A DNA stretch of 38,495 nt from Thermosynechococcaceae cyanobacterium (lineage in GTDB: Bacteria > Cyanobacteriota > Cyanobacteriia > Leptolyngbyales > Leptolyngbyaceae), in the NCBI GenBank assembly GCA_036703905.1, contig DATNQR010000718.1, positions 1 to 38,495 of the forward strand. Direction: 5' to 3'. Positions 8,242-17,211 of this stretch are shown here, piece after piece. Every line of letters begins with the position of its first letter. The first letter of the stretch is position 1. A program made the position numbers and the translations under genes. Under the pieces are notes generated by a model. The model worked only from the letters and a program-made list of their open reading frames with translations. It was not told the origin of the DNA and did not search any database.

Positions 8242-9168
8242 TTAGCCTTTGCCGGTCAGTCCTTTAGACCGCAGAAACTCTCGCACTACTTCTTTCACGT
8301 CGCGCAGTTCTCCCTCCACCAGGTAATTCAACCGTTGCATTTCATTGGCAGAGATCTTTCCTTGTAGTTGCTCGATCGCACTCCGCAGTTTGGGATATTT
8401 CATCAGGGTTTGGCTACGCACGATCGGCACTGCTTCATAGGGAGGAAAATACCCCTTGTCGTCTTTGAGGATAGTTAGACCAAGACGAGCGATCTGACCA
8501 TCGGTTGAATTCCCTGCAATCAAATCAACTTGTTTTTGTAGCAACGCTCGGTAGATTAGCCCCAGATCCATGATCTGGGGCGTTTTGGCAAATTGTAGAT
8601 TGTAGGCCTTAGCAAGACCGGGATAGCCGTCTTCTCGCTCCAGAAACTCATACCCAAACCCTGCCCGCCACTGTGGAGCGTACTGGGCTACCTGAGACAA
8701 AGTTTGCAGGTTGTAGCGCTGGGCATCTTCACCTCGCACGATGATGGCGAAGGTGTTCTCGAACCCTAGCGGCGGCAGCACTGCCAGATTAAATCGTTGG
8801 GCGTAGGCTTCCTGGGTGCGCTGGTAGACCTGCTGAGGATCGGGAATTGGCGGCTGCTTTAGCAGCGTGGTGTAGGCGGTTCCGGTGTACTCCACGTAGG
8901 CATCGATTTTGCCGCTCATGATTGCCTGATGCGCCACGAAAGAGCCACCCAACCGGGGACGACGATCGACCTTGAGTCCCACACTCTCAATCTGCTGCGC
9001 TAATAATTCACCCAAAATGTCTTGTTCAGTGAAGTCTTTGGAGGCCACGATGATGTCTCCACCGCTGCTACTGCTGGAGCTTGGAGCGCAGGCAACGGTG
9101 GACAGCAGAATCACGATCGCCAAAAAAAACAGCGCCACGTAATTCTTTCGCTTTTCTTGCTTTCGCAT
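8242..9168 (-). CDS. Glycine betaine/choline-type ABC transporter substrate-binding lipoprotein (OpuAC-like fold)
   Basis: Signal peptide with lipobox LLSTVAC followed by a Ser-rich linker. The body resembles the OpuBC/OpuCC osmoprotectant-binding family (IIVASKDFTEQDILGEL, YVEYTGTAY, GYEFLEREDGYPGL). Confidence 0.8.
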   Translation of the reverse strand: MRKQEKRKNYVALFFLAIVILLSTVACAPSSSSSSGGDIIVASKDFTEQDILGELLAQQIESVGLKVDRRPRLGGSFVAHQAIMSGKIDAYVEYTGTAYTTLLKQPPIPDPQQVYQRTQEAYAQRFNLAVLPPLGFENTFAIIVRGEDAQRYNLQTLSQVAQYAPQWRAGFGYEFLEREDGYPGLAKAYNLQFAKTPQIMDLGLIYRALLQKQVDLIAGNSTDGQIARLGLTILKDDKGYFPPYEAVPIVRSQTLMKYPKLRSAIEQLQGKISANEMQRLNYLVEGELRDVKEVVREFLRSKGLTGKG

Positions 9169-9189
9169 TTTTATACTCCAGTAGACAAT

Positions 9190-9228
9190 TGATGAGCATC
9201 AAATTGGTCATCAACTTGATGCTCATCA
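9190..9228. repeat. Perfect 13-bp inverted repeat (intercistronic hairpin)
   Basis: TGATGAGCATCAA (9190-9202) and TTGATGCTCATCA (9216-9228) flank a 13-nt loop. It sits between the permease stop and the binding-protein start. Confidence 0.9.
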
Positions 9229-9326
9229 GGACTTATGCGGAAGAGATATTCCAAATCTTATAGGGAGGGGACTTCTGAGATTTTCCCTTTTTAGGGAGAG
9301 CTAGGGATAAGTCCTAATCAATTGCG

Positions 9327-9977
9327 CTAGCGAGTTAATCGTCGCTCTAGCCAGCCGATACCGGAGTCAGCGATCAGGGCGATCGCGGCAGCGGGAATTG
9401 CTCCAGCCAGAATGAGCTGGTTGTTGACAACGGCAATACCGCGAAAAATGAACACACCTAAACCACCCGCGCCAACGGCCGCCGCGATTGTTGCAATACC
9501 GATCGCAATCACAGTTGCGACCCGCACTCCTGCCAGGATAACCCCCAGCGCTAACGGGATTTCTACCTGGGTGAGCAGTTGCCAGTCAGTCATGCCCATG
9601 CCGCGTCCTGCCTCGCGCACTGCTGGATCGACGTTAGTGATGCCTGTATAGGTGTTGCGGATGATAGGCAGAAAGGAGTAGAGCGTTAGGGCAACGATCG
9701 CGGGGACTGCACCAATTCCCACTACCGGAATCAACAGCCCAAATAGGGCCAGGCTGGGAATCGTTTGCAGTACGTTAGCCAGAGCCAGGACGGGCCGCCG
9801 CAACGCTTTCTGGCGGGTGATCAGAATGCCGAGGGGAAGGCTGACCAGAATTGCGATCGTGATGGCTATGCCGACTAACAGCAAGTGCTCACCCGTCCGT
9901 TGCAGCACTTCGGCTCCATAGCGCAGGAAAATTGCTGAGATCCCAGCATAGAAATCAGAAAAAATATTACTCATCAA
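9327..9977 (-). CDS. ABC transporter permease, osmoprotectant (OpuBB/OpuCB-like) type
   Basis: 216 aa with about 5-6 TM helices. EAA-loop-like REAGRGMGMTDWQLLTQVEIPLALG. Directly upstream of the betaine-type binding protein. Confidence 0.8.
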   Translation of the reverse strand: MMSNIFSDFYAGISAIFLRYGAEVLQRTGEHLLLVGIAITIAILVSLPLGILITRQKALRRPVLALANVLQTIPSLALFGLLIPVVGIGAVPAIVALTLYSFLPIIRNTYTGITNVDPAVREAGRGMGMTDWQLLTQVEIPLALGVILAGVRVATVIAIGIATIAAAVGAGGLGVFIFRGIAVVNNQLILAGAIPAAAIALIADSGIGWLERRLTR

Positions 9978-10161
9978 AATTCATCAAAAATTCTGTTTCC
10001 TTGAAACCAATTGCAACCTAACGCGAGAACAATCGATAGCTCAATCACGATCGCTCTCAGGGTAACTCTACCCAAAGTAAGGCAAGGATAGTTGGGTAAG
10101 TCGCTAAAGTGTGAGATAACTGCTTTTAAGGGTAATAACATACTTAAAACACCAATGATTG

Positions 10162-10253
10162 GCCCTCATCCCCCAACCCCTTCTCCCAGGAAGGATAAGG
10201 AGAGCCGATCAAAGTCCCTCGCCTAGAGCGGGAGAGGGATGTAGGGTGAGGGC
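10162..10253. repeat. Imperfect palindromic C/G-tract element (MITE/REP-like)
   Basis: GCCCTCATCCCCCAACCCCTTCTCCC...GGGAGAGGGATGTAGGGTGAGGGC. The termini GCCCTCA/TGAGGGC and CCCTTCTCCC/GGGAGAGGG are complementary. It resembles short dispersed palindromic repeats common in cyanobacterial intergenic DNA. Only one copy occurs in this window. Confidence 0.5.
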
Positions 10254-10320
10254 AAATTCTGGTAAGGCAAGTATACGAATACCCTTCTAAGTGCTTCCAG
10301 ATTTAGCTGTTCATAAGTCT

Positions 10321-10725
10321 ATGCTCATGAGTTTATCGGCTTCAGGCGATCGAATTTTAATCGTCGATGATTTGTTGGACAATTTGTTTTTACTGCAAAC
10401 TTTACTAGAAGCAGAAGGCTACTCCGTTGACACAGCCGATAGCGGCACGATCGCCCTCTCCAAGATTGAATCAATGCCCCCGGATCTGGTGCTGCTAGAT
10501 GTCATGATGCCCGACATGAACGGGTTTGAAGTGACACAGAGAATTCGGCAGAACGATCAGCTTCCGTTTATTCCAATTTTGCTGCTGACAGCCCATGACC
10601 AAGCCAGTGCTGCTCAGGGGTTGAACTTAGGAGCGAATGATTTTATTCGTAAACCCGTCAATCTTGATGAGCTACTGGCGCGGGTCAAAGCTTTTCTGAG
10701 GCTCAAGCCCGATCGAGAAGTGTGA
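10321..10725 (+). CDS. Stand-alone response-regulator receiver domain (CheY-like)
   Basis: RILIVDD, phospho-acceptor context DLVLLDVMMPDMNG, LLLTA and DFIRKP. Start taken at the ATG at 10321 rather than the upstream GTG. Confidence 0.85.
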   Translation: MLMSLSASGDRILIVDDLLDNLFLLQTLLEAEGYSVDTADSGTIALSKIESMPPDLVLLDVMMPDMNGFEVTQRIRQNDQLPFIPILLLTAHDQASAAQGLNLGANDFIRKPVNLDELLARVKAFLRLKPDREV

Positions 10726-10763
10726 AGAACCTGAGCGCCACTGCGCTGCTGAATCTTTGTAGC

Positions 10764-10789
10764 GCTGATGCTCTTTGCTGATGCTCTTC
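10764..10789. repeat. 13-nt tandem duplication (gctgatgctcttt / gctgatgctcttc)
   Basis: Read directly, between the receiver gene and the ABC1 kinase gene. Confidence 0.9.
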
Positions 10790-10865
10790 AAACAAACTCT
10801 CCTTCTGGCAAAGTCCGCTTCTGGCCCCGAAGATCTTCAAGTCTGCTGATCTTCATCCTGGATGA

Positions 10866-12938
10866 GTGAGGGAAGTGCGTTCAGTTGTTACAATGCTTAA
10901 CATTATTGCTCTCACCAGGCTTAGACCCATGAGTGTCACGACCGTCACCCAGCCAGTTCCTCCCAGCACAGACGATCAGGTAGAAGTGAAACCAACCGCA
11001 ATCTACCTTGAGGGAGCCTCAGTTGGAGCCACCCTCAAGCCTGCCTATGCGCCTCTGGAAGCGGAACGGGGAGAGATGCGCTACGACCCAGAAGCGATCG
11101 CAGCTTACTATCGGCAGCATCCATTTCAGGTCTTGGGACGGATTCTAAAAATTGTGATGCCCTTTCTCTCCTTTGGGCTGACCTGGTGGTGGCATCAGCG
11201 CACTGGAGCCACAGATGGACAGCAGCGCCAGCAGGCAGCCCGTCTGCGGGAGATTTTGACTCGCTTGGGCCCGGCGTTCATCAAAGTAGGTCAGGCCCTT
11301 TCAACTCGCCCTGACCTTGTGCCGCCAGCCTATCTGGACGAGCTAACGCGGCTGCAAGACCAGTTGCCAGCTTTTGACAACGCGATCGCCTTCCAGTTCA
11401 TTCAGGAAGAGTTAGGCGGTCATCCCAGCGAGATCTATGCAGAACTGACCGCACAGCCGATCGCTGCCGCTTCACTGGGTCAGGTCTATCGTGGCCGCCT
11501 GAAGACTGGCGAAGAAGTAGCTGTCAAAGTACAGCGTCCTGGCTTAGCTCAATTGATCGCCCTAGATACCTACGTTCTCAGGCAGGCAGCTGCTCTAGCT
11601 ATGCGGAGCGTAAAGCGCATTCGTAGCGATCTGGTCGCCATCATGGACGAGTTTGGGGCCCGGATTTTCGAGGAAATGGACTACACCCACGAAGGACATA
11701 ACGCCGAGCGGTTCGCCCAACTCTATGGGCAAATGCCCGATGTCTATGTGCCCAAGATCTACTGGCAGTACACTGGGCGGCGGGTGCTGACGATGGAGTG
11801 GATTACAGGCACGAAGCTGACGCAACTGGAAGCGATTCGCGCCCAGGGAGTAGATGCGCGCTACCTGATCGAGGTGGGAGTGCAGTGTTCGCTGAGGCAA
11901 CTGCTGGAGCATGGCTTTTTCCACGCCGATCCTCATCCAGGCAATCTTCTGGCTACGCCCGACGGCAAATTGGCTTATCTGGACTTTGGCATGATGAGCG
12001 AAGTCAAGCCACCCCAGCGCTATGGCTTGATTGAGGCGATCGTCCACTTGGTCAACCGCGATTTTGATTCTCTAGCTCAGGATTATGTCAAGCTGGAATT
12101 CCTCAGTCCTGACACCGATCTCACGCCGATCATCCCTGCCTTTGCGTCTGTATTTAATGATGCGCTGGGGGCTAGCGTAGCCGAGATCAATATCAAAAGC
12201 ATCACCGACCAGCTTTCGGCCCTGATGTACGAGTATCCCTTTCAGGTTCCGGCTTACTATGCGCTGATTATTCGATCCCTCGTGACGCTGGAAGGCATCG
12301 CCATCAACGTTGACCCAAACTTTAAAGTCCTGAACGAAGCCTATCCCTACGTTTCCAAGCGGTTGCTAACTGATCCGGCTCCAGAACTACGGGCTTCCTT
12401 GCGAGATCTGCTGTTTCGGGACGGGCGCTTTCGCTGGAATCGGCTAGAAAATCTGCTGCGAAATGCTAGAACCAGCGCTGACTATGACCTAACTCAGGTT
12501 GTGGATCAGACCTTGGAGTATCTGTTCTCCGATCGTGGCGAACTAATTCGCAATCTCCTGGTGAGCGAGGTGGTCAAAAGCCTGGACACCCTAGGAAACA
12601 ATGCCTTGAATAGTTTGCGCCACTTGGTTTCAGCGCGCCTCGGTCAGCCGATCGTTTCCACATCCATTACTGCCGAGAACGAACAAACTCTGGGGCACAT
12701 TCAGCGCATCTGGGGCATTTTGCAGGAAACTCGCGGCTTTGATCCGGGCAAAGTTCTGCCCTTGATTCCGCGTTTGTTGTTTAAGCCAGAGGTGCATCGT
12801 ATGGGACAGCAAATTGTGAGCGGTTTGGCCCAAAAGGCGATCGCTCGTTTGATTCGCGAGTTTCTCATCCCCGATCCTGAACCTGAAGCTGTGCCCGACC
12901 TACCTAGCCGCCGGCCGCGCTTGTCTCCTGCCCCCTAG
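10866..12938 (+). CDS. ABC1/UbiB (ADCK) family atypical kinase
   Basis: AAASLGQVYRGRLKTGEEVAVKVQRPG, FHADPHPGNLL and YLDFGMM are hallmark ABC1 motifs. Start is uncertain: GTG at 10866, ATG at 10893 or ATG at 10930. Confidence 0.85.
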   Translation: MREVRSVVTMLNIIALTRLRPMSVTTVTQPVPPSTDDQVEVKPTAIYLEGASVGATLKPAYAPLEAERGEMRYDPEAIAAYYRQHPFQVLGRILKIVMPFLSFGLTWWWHQRTGATDGQQRQQAARLREILTRLGPAFIKVGQALSTRPDLVPPAYLDELTRLQDQLPAFDNAIAFQFIQEELGGHPSEIYAELTAQPIAAASLGQVYRGRLKTGEEVAVKVQRPGLAQLIALDTYVLRQAAALAMRSVKRIRSDLVAIMDEFGARIFEEMDYTHEGHNAERFAQLYGQMPDVYVPKIYWQYTGRRVLTMEWITGTKLTQLEAIRAQGVDARYLIEVGVQCSLRQLLEHGFFHADPHPGNLLATPDGKLAYLDFGMMSEVKPPQRYGLIEAIVHLVNRDFDSLAQDYVKLEFLSPDTDLTPIIPAFASVFNDALGASVAEINIKSITDQLSALMYEYPFQVPAYYALIIRSLVTLEGIAINVDPNFKVLNEAYPYVSKRLLTDPAPELRASLRDLLFRDGRFRWNRLENLLRNARTSADYDLTQVVDQTLEYLFSDRGELIRNLLVSEVVKSLDTLGNNALNSLRHLVSARLGQPIVSTSITAENEQTLGHIQRIWGILQETRGFDPGKVLPLIPRLLFKPEVHRMGQQIVSGLAQKAIARLIREFLIPDPEPEAVPDLPSRRPRLSPAP

Positions 12939-13177
12939 TGATGCTTTGCTGATCAGCTTTATGAGCCGGATCTGGGTCTGGTCTGGGGGTTTACAGAGTT
13001 TCATAAACTAGAGTTCCACAGAGCGGAAAGTTAGCGCTGCGTGACACGAGCAGTTCAGCTACCTTTACGGAGATAGAAGCTGTAATACAATAAGGTCTTC
13101 ACAATTTTTAGCCTGATCGTTCCCTCAACACCCGTTGCGGTAGCGCAATCGCGTCTACTCCTCCCCCTGTGACTCTT

Positions 13178-15286
13178 ATGACTTCCTCGATTCGCTTCCT
13201 GATGTGTGCTCCTGACCACTACGACGTGGACTATGTGATTAACCCCTGGATGGAGGGAAATATTCACAAGTCTTCCCGCGATCGGGCAGTGGAGCAGTGG
13301 CACAAGCTGTTTCACGTGCTGAAAGACCACGCCTTAGTAGATCTGGTCAAACCACAGATTGGCGTACCAGATATGGTGTTTACAGCCAATGCTGGACTGG
13401 TGCTGGGTCAAAACGTTGTCCTTAGCCGTTTCTTCCACAAAGAGCGTCAGGGCGAGGAGCCGTTTTTCAGGCAGTGGTTCGAGGAGCAGGGCTGCACGGT
13501 GTATGAACTGCCGAAGGATCTGCCGTTTGAAGGGGCAGGAGATGCCCTGTTCGATCGTGAGGGTCGATGGCTATGGGCAGGCTATGGATTCCGATCGGAG
13601 TTAGATTCTCACCCGTTGATCGCCAAGTGGCTGGATGTGGAAGTGGTGTCGCTGCGGCTGATGGATGAGCGCTTCTACCACCTCGACACCTGCTTCTGTC
13701 CCCTGACGGATGGCTATTTGCTCTACTATCCGCCAGCCTTCGATTCCTATTCCAACCGCGTGATTGAGATGCGGGTTCCAGAGAGCAAGCGAATCGCGAT
13801 CGTCGAAAGTGATGCAGTGAACTTTGCCTGCAATGCGGTGAATATCGATCGCAATGTGGTGGTGAACAAAGCCAGCGATGAACTAAAGCAGCGCCTCGGC
13901 TCCGCAGGCTTCCAGGTGATCGAAACGCCGTTGACAGAATTTCTCAAAGCAGGTGGCGCGGCCAAATGTCTGACCTTGCGGATGACAGAACCCGTGCGAG
14001 AGGAAGTCCATGCCAGTGCCTCTGTGGAGAGTCGGGTAATGCGACTGGAAGGACACCTGCTGGATGCTGGACTGATCAACCAGGCCCTAGATCTGATTGT
14101 AGAAGGCGGCGGCAGCTTTCAGGTGCTGAGCTTCAACCTGGGTGAGCAGCGCCAGAGTACTTCTGCCGCCGAGGTAAAAGTGACGGCTCCTTCCCATGAG
14201 GTGATGGAAGTTTTGATATCGCAGTTGATTGACTTGGGCGCTTTGCCGCCGCCCCAGGAAGTTTGCGATACCAGTTTGGAAACTGTGGTGCAGGCTGGGG
14301 TGTCGCCGGATGATTTCTACGTCACCACAATCTATCCCACCGAAGTGCGGGTGCAAGATCAGTGGGTACGGGTGCAAGGACAGCGCATGGATGCGGCGAT
14401 CGTCGTTGACCCCGACAAGCTCACGGCCCGGTGCTGTCTGCTGCGGGATTTGCAAGTGGGCGATCGAGTGGTCGTTAGCGTTGAGGGCATTCGCACCATC
14501 CGCAAAACCGAGTCCCGCGAACAGCGCAACACTCAGGAGTTCAGCTTTATGGGAGCCGGAGTCTCCAGTGAGCGCCGAGTGGAACTGGTGGTGGAGCAGA
14601 TCGCCTGGGAATTGCGTCAGATCCGCGATCAGGGCGGTAAAGTTGTCGTTTCGGCTGGCCCAGTTGTGATTCACACGGGCGGCGGCGAACATTTAGCTAA
14701 GCTGGTACGCGATGGCTACGTGCAATCGCTTTTGGGCGGCAACGCGATCGCAGTTCACGACATGGAACAGTCGATGATGGGCACGTCCCTCGGTGTGGAC
14801 ATGAAGCGTGGCGTTTCGGTACGCGGTGGTCATCGCCACCATCTGAAGGTGATCAACATCATTCGGCGCTACGGCAGCATTGCCAAAGCTGTTGAACAGG
14901 GCATCATCACGAGCGGCATTTTCTACGAGTGCGTTCAGCACAATGTCCCCTTTAGACTGGCAGGCTCGATCCGCGATGATGGGCCGCTGCCGGATACCGA
15001 AATGGATCTGCTCAAGGCTCAAGCCGCCTACGCTGAACAAATCCAGGGCGCAGACATGATCTTGATGCTGTCCTCTATGCTGCACTCGATCGGCGTGGGC
15101 AACATGACTCCCGCCGGGGTGAAGATGGTCTGCGTGGACATTAACCCTGCCGTGGTGACGAAGTTGAGCGATCGCGGCTCCGTGGAATCGATCGGCGTAG
15201 TGACAGACGTGGGCCTGTTCCTCAGCCTGCTGTTGCAGCAACTCAGCAAGCTCACCAGTCCTTACCAGTTCGTGCGATCGGTATAG
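13178..15286 (+). CDS. argZ: Bifunctional arginine dihydrolase / ornithine-utilising enzyme (ArgZ/AgrE family)
   Basis: The N-terminal ~270 aa have a guanidino-group-modifying fold (LMCAPDHYDVDYVINPWMEGN, MVFTANAG, FYHLDTCF, GGAAKCLTL with Cys at codon 264, nt 13967-13969). The C-terminal ~420 aa are LOR/SDH- and ornithine-cyclodeaminase-like. Length and N-terminus closely parallel Synechocystis Sll1336. Confidence 0.85.
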   Translation: MTSSIRFLMCAPDHYDVDYVINPWMEGNIHKSSRDRAVEQWHKLFHVLKDHALVDLVKPQIGVPDMVFTANAGLVLGQNVVLSRFFHKERQGEEPFFRQWFEEQGCTVYELPKDLPFEGAGDALFDREGRWLWAGYGFRSELDSHPLIAKWLDVEVVSLRLMDERFYHLDTCFCPLTDGYLLYYPPAFDSYSNRVIEMRVPESKRIAIVESDAVNFACNAVNIDRNVVVNKASDELKQRLGSAGFQVIETPLTEFLKAGGAAKCLTLRMTEPVREEVHASASVESRVMRLEGHLLDAGLINQALDLIVEGGGSFQVLSFNLGEQRQSTSAAEVKVTAPSHEVMEVLISQLIDLGALPPPQEVCDTSLETVVQAGVSPDDFYVTTIYPTEVRVQDQWVRVQGQRMDAAIVVDPDKLTARCCLLRDLQVGDRVVVSVEGIRTIRKTESREQRNTQEFSFMGAGVSSERRVELVVEQIAWELRQIRDQGGKVVVSAGPVVIHTGGGEHLAKLVRDGYVQSLLGGNAIAVHDMEQSMMGTSLGVDMKRGVSVRGGHRHHLKVINIIRRYGSIAKAVEQGIITSGIFYECVQHNVPFRLAGSIRDDGPLPDTEMDLLKAQAAYAEQIQGADMILMLSSMLHSIGVGNMTPAGVKMVCVDINPAVVTKLSDRGSVESIGVVTDVGLFLSLLLQQLSKLTSPYQFVRSV

Positions 15287-15292
15287 CTTCGG

Positions 15293-15340
15293 TCAAATCT
15301 AGAGCTTCCCAAGCCCCTGCCTGGGAAGCTCTAGATTTGA
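15293..15340 (+). terminator. 19-bp perfect hairpin, likely argZ terminator
   Basis: TCAAATCTAGAGCTTCCCA (15293-15311), a 10-nt loop, then TGGGAAGCTCTAGATTTGA (15322-15340). A T-rich stretch gcgttgtgattgtttta follows. It starts 7 nt after the argZ stop. Confidence 0.6.
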
Positions 15341-15592
15341 GCGTTGTGATTGTTTTATGTGATCTCGCGCTGTTGGGCTAAAGGAAGCTGCCGCAGTGAG
15401 CTTGGCTGCGGTCGCGATTGCTCAAACCACAGGTCTAATTACGGTTGAGATTCAGAATTTGTAAGCTGAGCCGTAGCCTATGTCCTAAGCTGTCAGTCTG
15501 TAGCTATATTTGTAGGCTAATCGTCCTACAATCTCTGGGGTTAGTCTGCGGGCCGGATAGTTGCTTTAACCTGTTCCGGCGGAGGTCTTCTG

Positions 15593-15979
15593 ATGCTCCT
15601 CTCCACCTCGCTGATCAAGGTGCTGGCAGTTGCGATCGGGGCAATTCCAGGTGCACTGATTCGCTTCTACTTGACAGAGTGGTGTCGCAGGGCGAGCGGG
15701 ACTGGCTTCCCCTACGGTACTTTCCTGATCAACATTACAGGCTGTGGAGCGATGGGATTTTTTGTCGGCTTCACGACTAGGGTTCTGTTGCCGCCAGAGC
15801 TGAGCCTGCTGATTGCTACAGGCTTTCTGGGTTCCTACACCACGTTTTCGACTTACGAATTGGATGCTTTGACATTAGCTCGACGCGGCAAAGTGGGAGC
15901 CAGCTTGTTCTACTGGGCAGGCAGCGTTGTGCTGGGTGGGCTGGCACTGCAACTGGGCGATCGCCTAGCGCAGCTTTAA
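15593..15979 (+). CDS. crcB: Fluoride ion channel CrcB/Fluc
   Basis: 128 aa with 4 TM helices. GALIRFYL, FPYGTFLINITGCGAMGF and GFLGSYTTFSTY are typical CrcB motifs. GGAGG lies 8 nt upstream of the ATG. Confidence 0.9.
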   Translation: MLLSTSLIKVLAVAIGAIPGALIRFYLTEWCRRASGTGFPYGTFLINITGCGAMGFFVGFTTRVLLPPELSLLIATGFLGSYTTFSTYELDALTLARRGKVGASLFYWAGSVVLGGLALQLGDRLAQL

Positions 15980-16140
15980 GCTTAGCCCTGAAAGTATAGT
16001 TACCGCCAGTAAGATTGCGGTATTGCAACCACCCAGATCAATGACCCCAACTCATCGCCCTAGTCCACAACGCCTGACGCAAAAGTTGCTCGTCAGCTAG
16101 CCCACTAGATTGCAGAATGCGATCGCCTTAGCTAAAGGGA

Positions 16141-16175
16141 GGGGGAGTGGAGAAATTAGCCTCTTCCACTCCCCC
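16141..16175. terminator. GC-rich hairpin between convergent crcB and vipp1
   Basis: GGGGGAGTGGA (16141-16151) pairs with TCCACTCCCCC (16165-16175). It lies about 20 nt beyond the vipp1 stop. There is no clean U-tract on either strand, so function is uncertain. Confidence 0.4.
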
Positions 16176-16194
16176 GTCCCTCAACGTCGTCCCA

Positions 16195-16962
16195 CTAAAG
16201 CTTATCTAGCTTGCTCCGTAGGGCTTCCAGTTCTGCATCCACTGCTGGATCTTGAGGCTTCGCGGTGGCGGTTTGACCGGGAAGCTGGGCCTGGTTTGTG
16301 GGCGTGCCCACCAGTTGAGCTTTCATCGCGGCCAGTTCGTCATCCACGCCGCCACTCGATTCCAGCATGGCGAACTGGCTTTCCAGATCTGCTCCAGCAA
16401 GTTCCCCGGCAGCCTGAGATCGGGCTTCCATTTGCAGGACTTTTTCTTCCATACGCTCGAAAGCTCCCATGGCGCTGCCCGTTCCCATGCGGCCCACTGT
16501 GGCTTGAAGCTGCTCGTTGGCTTTGGCCGCACTGACGCGGGCCTTGAGCATATCCTTCTTAGTTTTTGCCTCTGAAATTTTGCCTTCCAGAGCAATCAGG
16601 TTGCGCTTCATGGTATCCACCATGCCGTTCTGCTGGTCAAGCTGGGATTTAAGACTAGCAGCGGTTTCAGACTGGGTTTTCTTCCGCATCAGGGCTTCCC
16701 GCGCCAGGTTTTCGTCTCCCTTTTGCAGGGCCAGTTGGGCCCGTTGCTGCCAGTTATTAGACTCAGTTTGCGCCTGGTTGTATTGCTGCTGAACGCGCTT
16801 CTGACTGGCGATCGCGCTGGCTACCGCTTGCCGAAGCTGCACCAAGTCCTCATGCATATCAATGATGGCTTGCTCCAGAATCTTTTCTGGATCTTCTGCT
16901 TTGCTGACCAAATCGTTCAGATTGGCCCGGGCGACCCGGCTCACACGGTCAAATAATCCCAT
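16195..16962 (-). CDS. vipp1: Vesicle-inducing protein in plastids 1 / IM30 (PspA family)
   Basis: MGLFDRVSRVARANLNDLVSKAEDPEKILEQAI... is a canonical PspA/Vipp1 N-terminus. The C-terminal extension after the PspA core (VDDELAAMKAQL...VDAELEALRSKLDKL) indicates Vipp1 rather than PspA. Confidence 0.9.
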   Translation of the reverse strand: MGLFDRVSRVARANLNDLVSKAEDPEKILEQAIIDMHEDLVQLRQAVASAIASQKRVQQQYNQAQTESNNWQQRAQLALQKGDENLAREALMRKKTQSETAASLKSQLDQQNGMVDTMKRNLIALEGKISEAKTKKDMLKARVSAAKANEQLQATVGRMGTGSAMGAFERMEEKVLQMEARSQAAGELAGADLESQFAMLESSGGVDDELAAMKAQLVGTPTNQAQLPGQTATAKPQDPAVDAELEALRSKLDKL

Positions 16963-17211
16963 AGCTTCCTTGTTTCTTCGTGTTGTGTTGGAGGGGTCAA
17001 CGATCACAGGCTAGAACAAGCCTGCTCAAGGCTATTACTTAGTATGGCAATTTCAAGTAGCTTTTGAGTAGAACAACTCCCACCCTAGCTAGTGACTGCT
17101 CCCGCCTAGCTCTAGTGTAAAAACTTCAGCAGACGATCGACCAATTGCGGAGAATTTTTCAAAGTGGGCGATCGTCGCTGTCCAGACTCTTCTACTTCTC
17201 TACTCCTTCCC

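Noticed and set aside
10731-10750. GCGCCACTGCGC, which contains the GCCACTG string seen in cobalamin riboswitch cores.
   Set aside because: It is only a 5-bp stem with a tetraloop just after the receiver-gene stop. None of the other B12-element helices or conserved boxes are nearby.
12990-13070. CTAGAGTTCC...ACACGAG upstream of argZ, loosely reminiscent of ykkC (guanidine-I) riboswitch conserved segments.
   Set aside because: The GGUCCGAGAG and GGCGGGA core elements are missing or out of order, so the resemblance is limited to short strings.
13055-13330. 91-aa minus-strand ORF across the argZ start.
   Set aside because: It is antisense to the conserved ArgZ N-terminus, His/Arg-rich, and has no family resemblance.
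14087-15241. Two abutting long antisense ORFs (201 and 182 aa, same frame) inside argZ.
   Set aside because: The sense strand encodes a full-length, motif-rich ArgZ. The antisense products are Arg/His/Ala-rich with no recognisable family. Open antisense frames are expected in GC-rich coding DNA.
15341-15592. Possible fluoride (crcB-motif) riboswitch upstream of crcB. GGCTAATCGTCCTACA at about 15515-15530 loosely resembles the 3' conserved GCUGAUGAUGCCUAC segment.
   Set aside because: The segment is one nucleotide short. The 5' GGnGAUGGnnuUCnCC element is absent. No upstream GGACG exists to form the required pseudoknot with CGUCC. The local GTAGG...CCTAC pairing explains the sequence as a simple hairpin.
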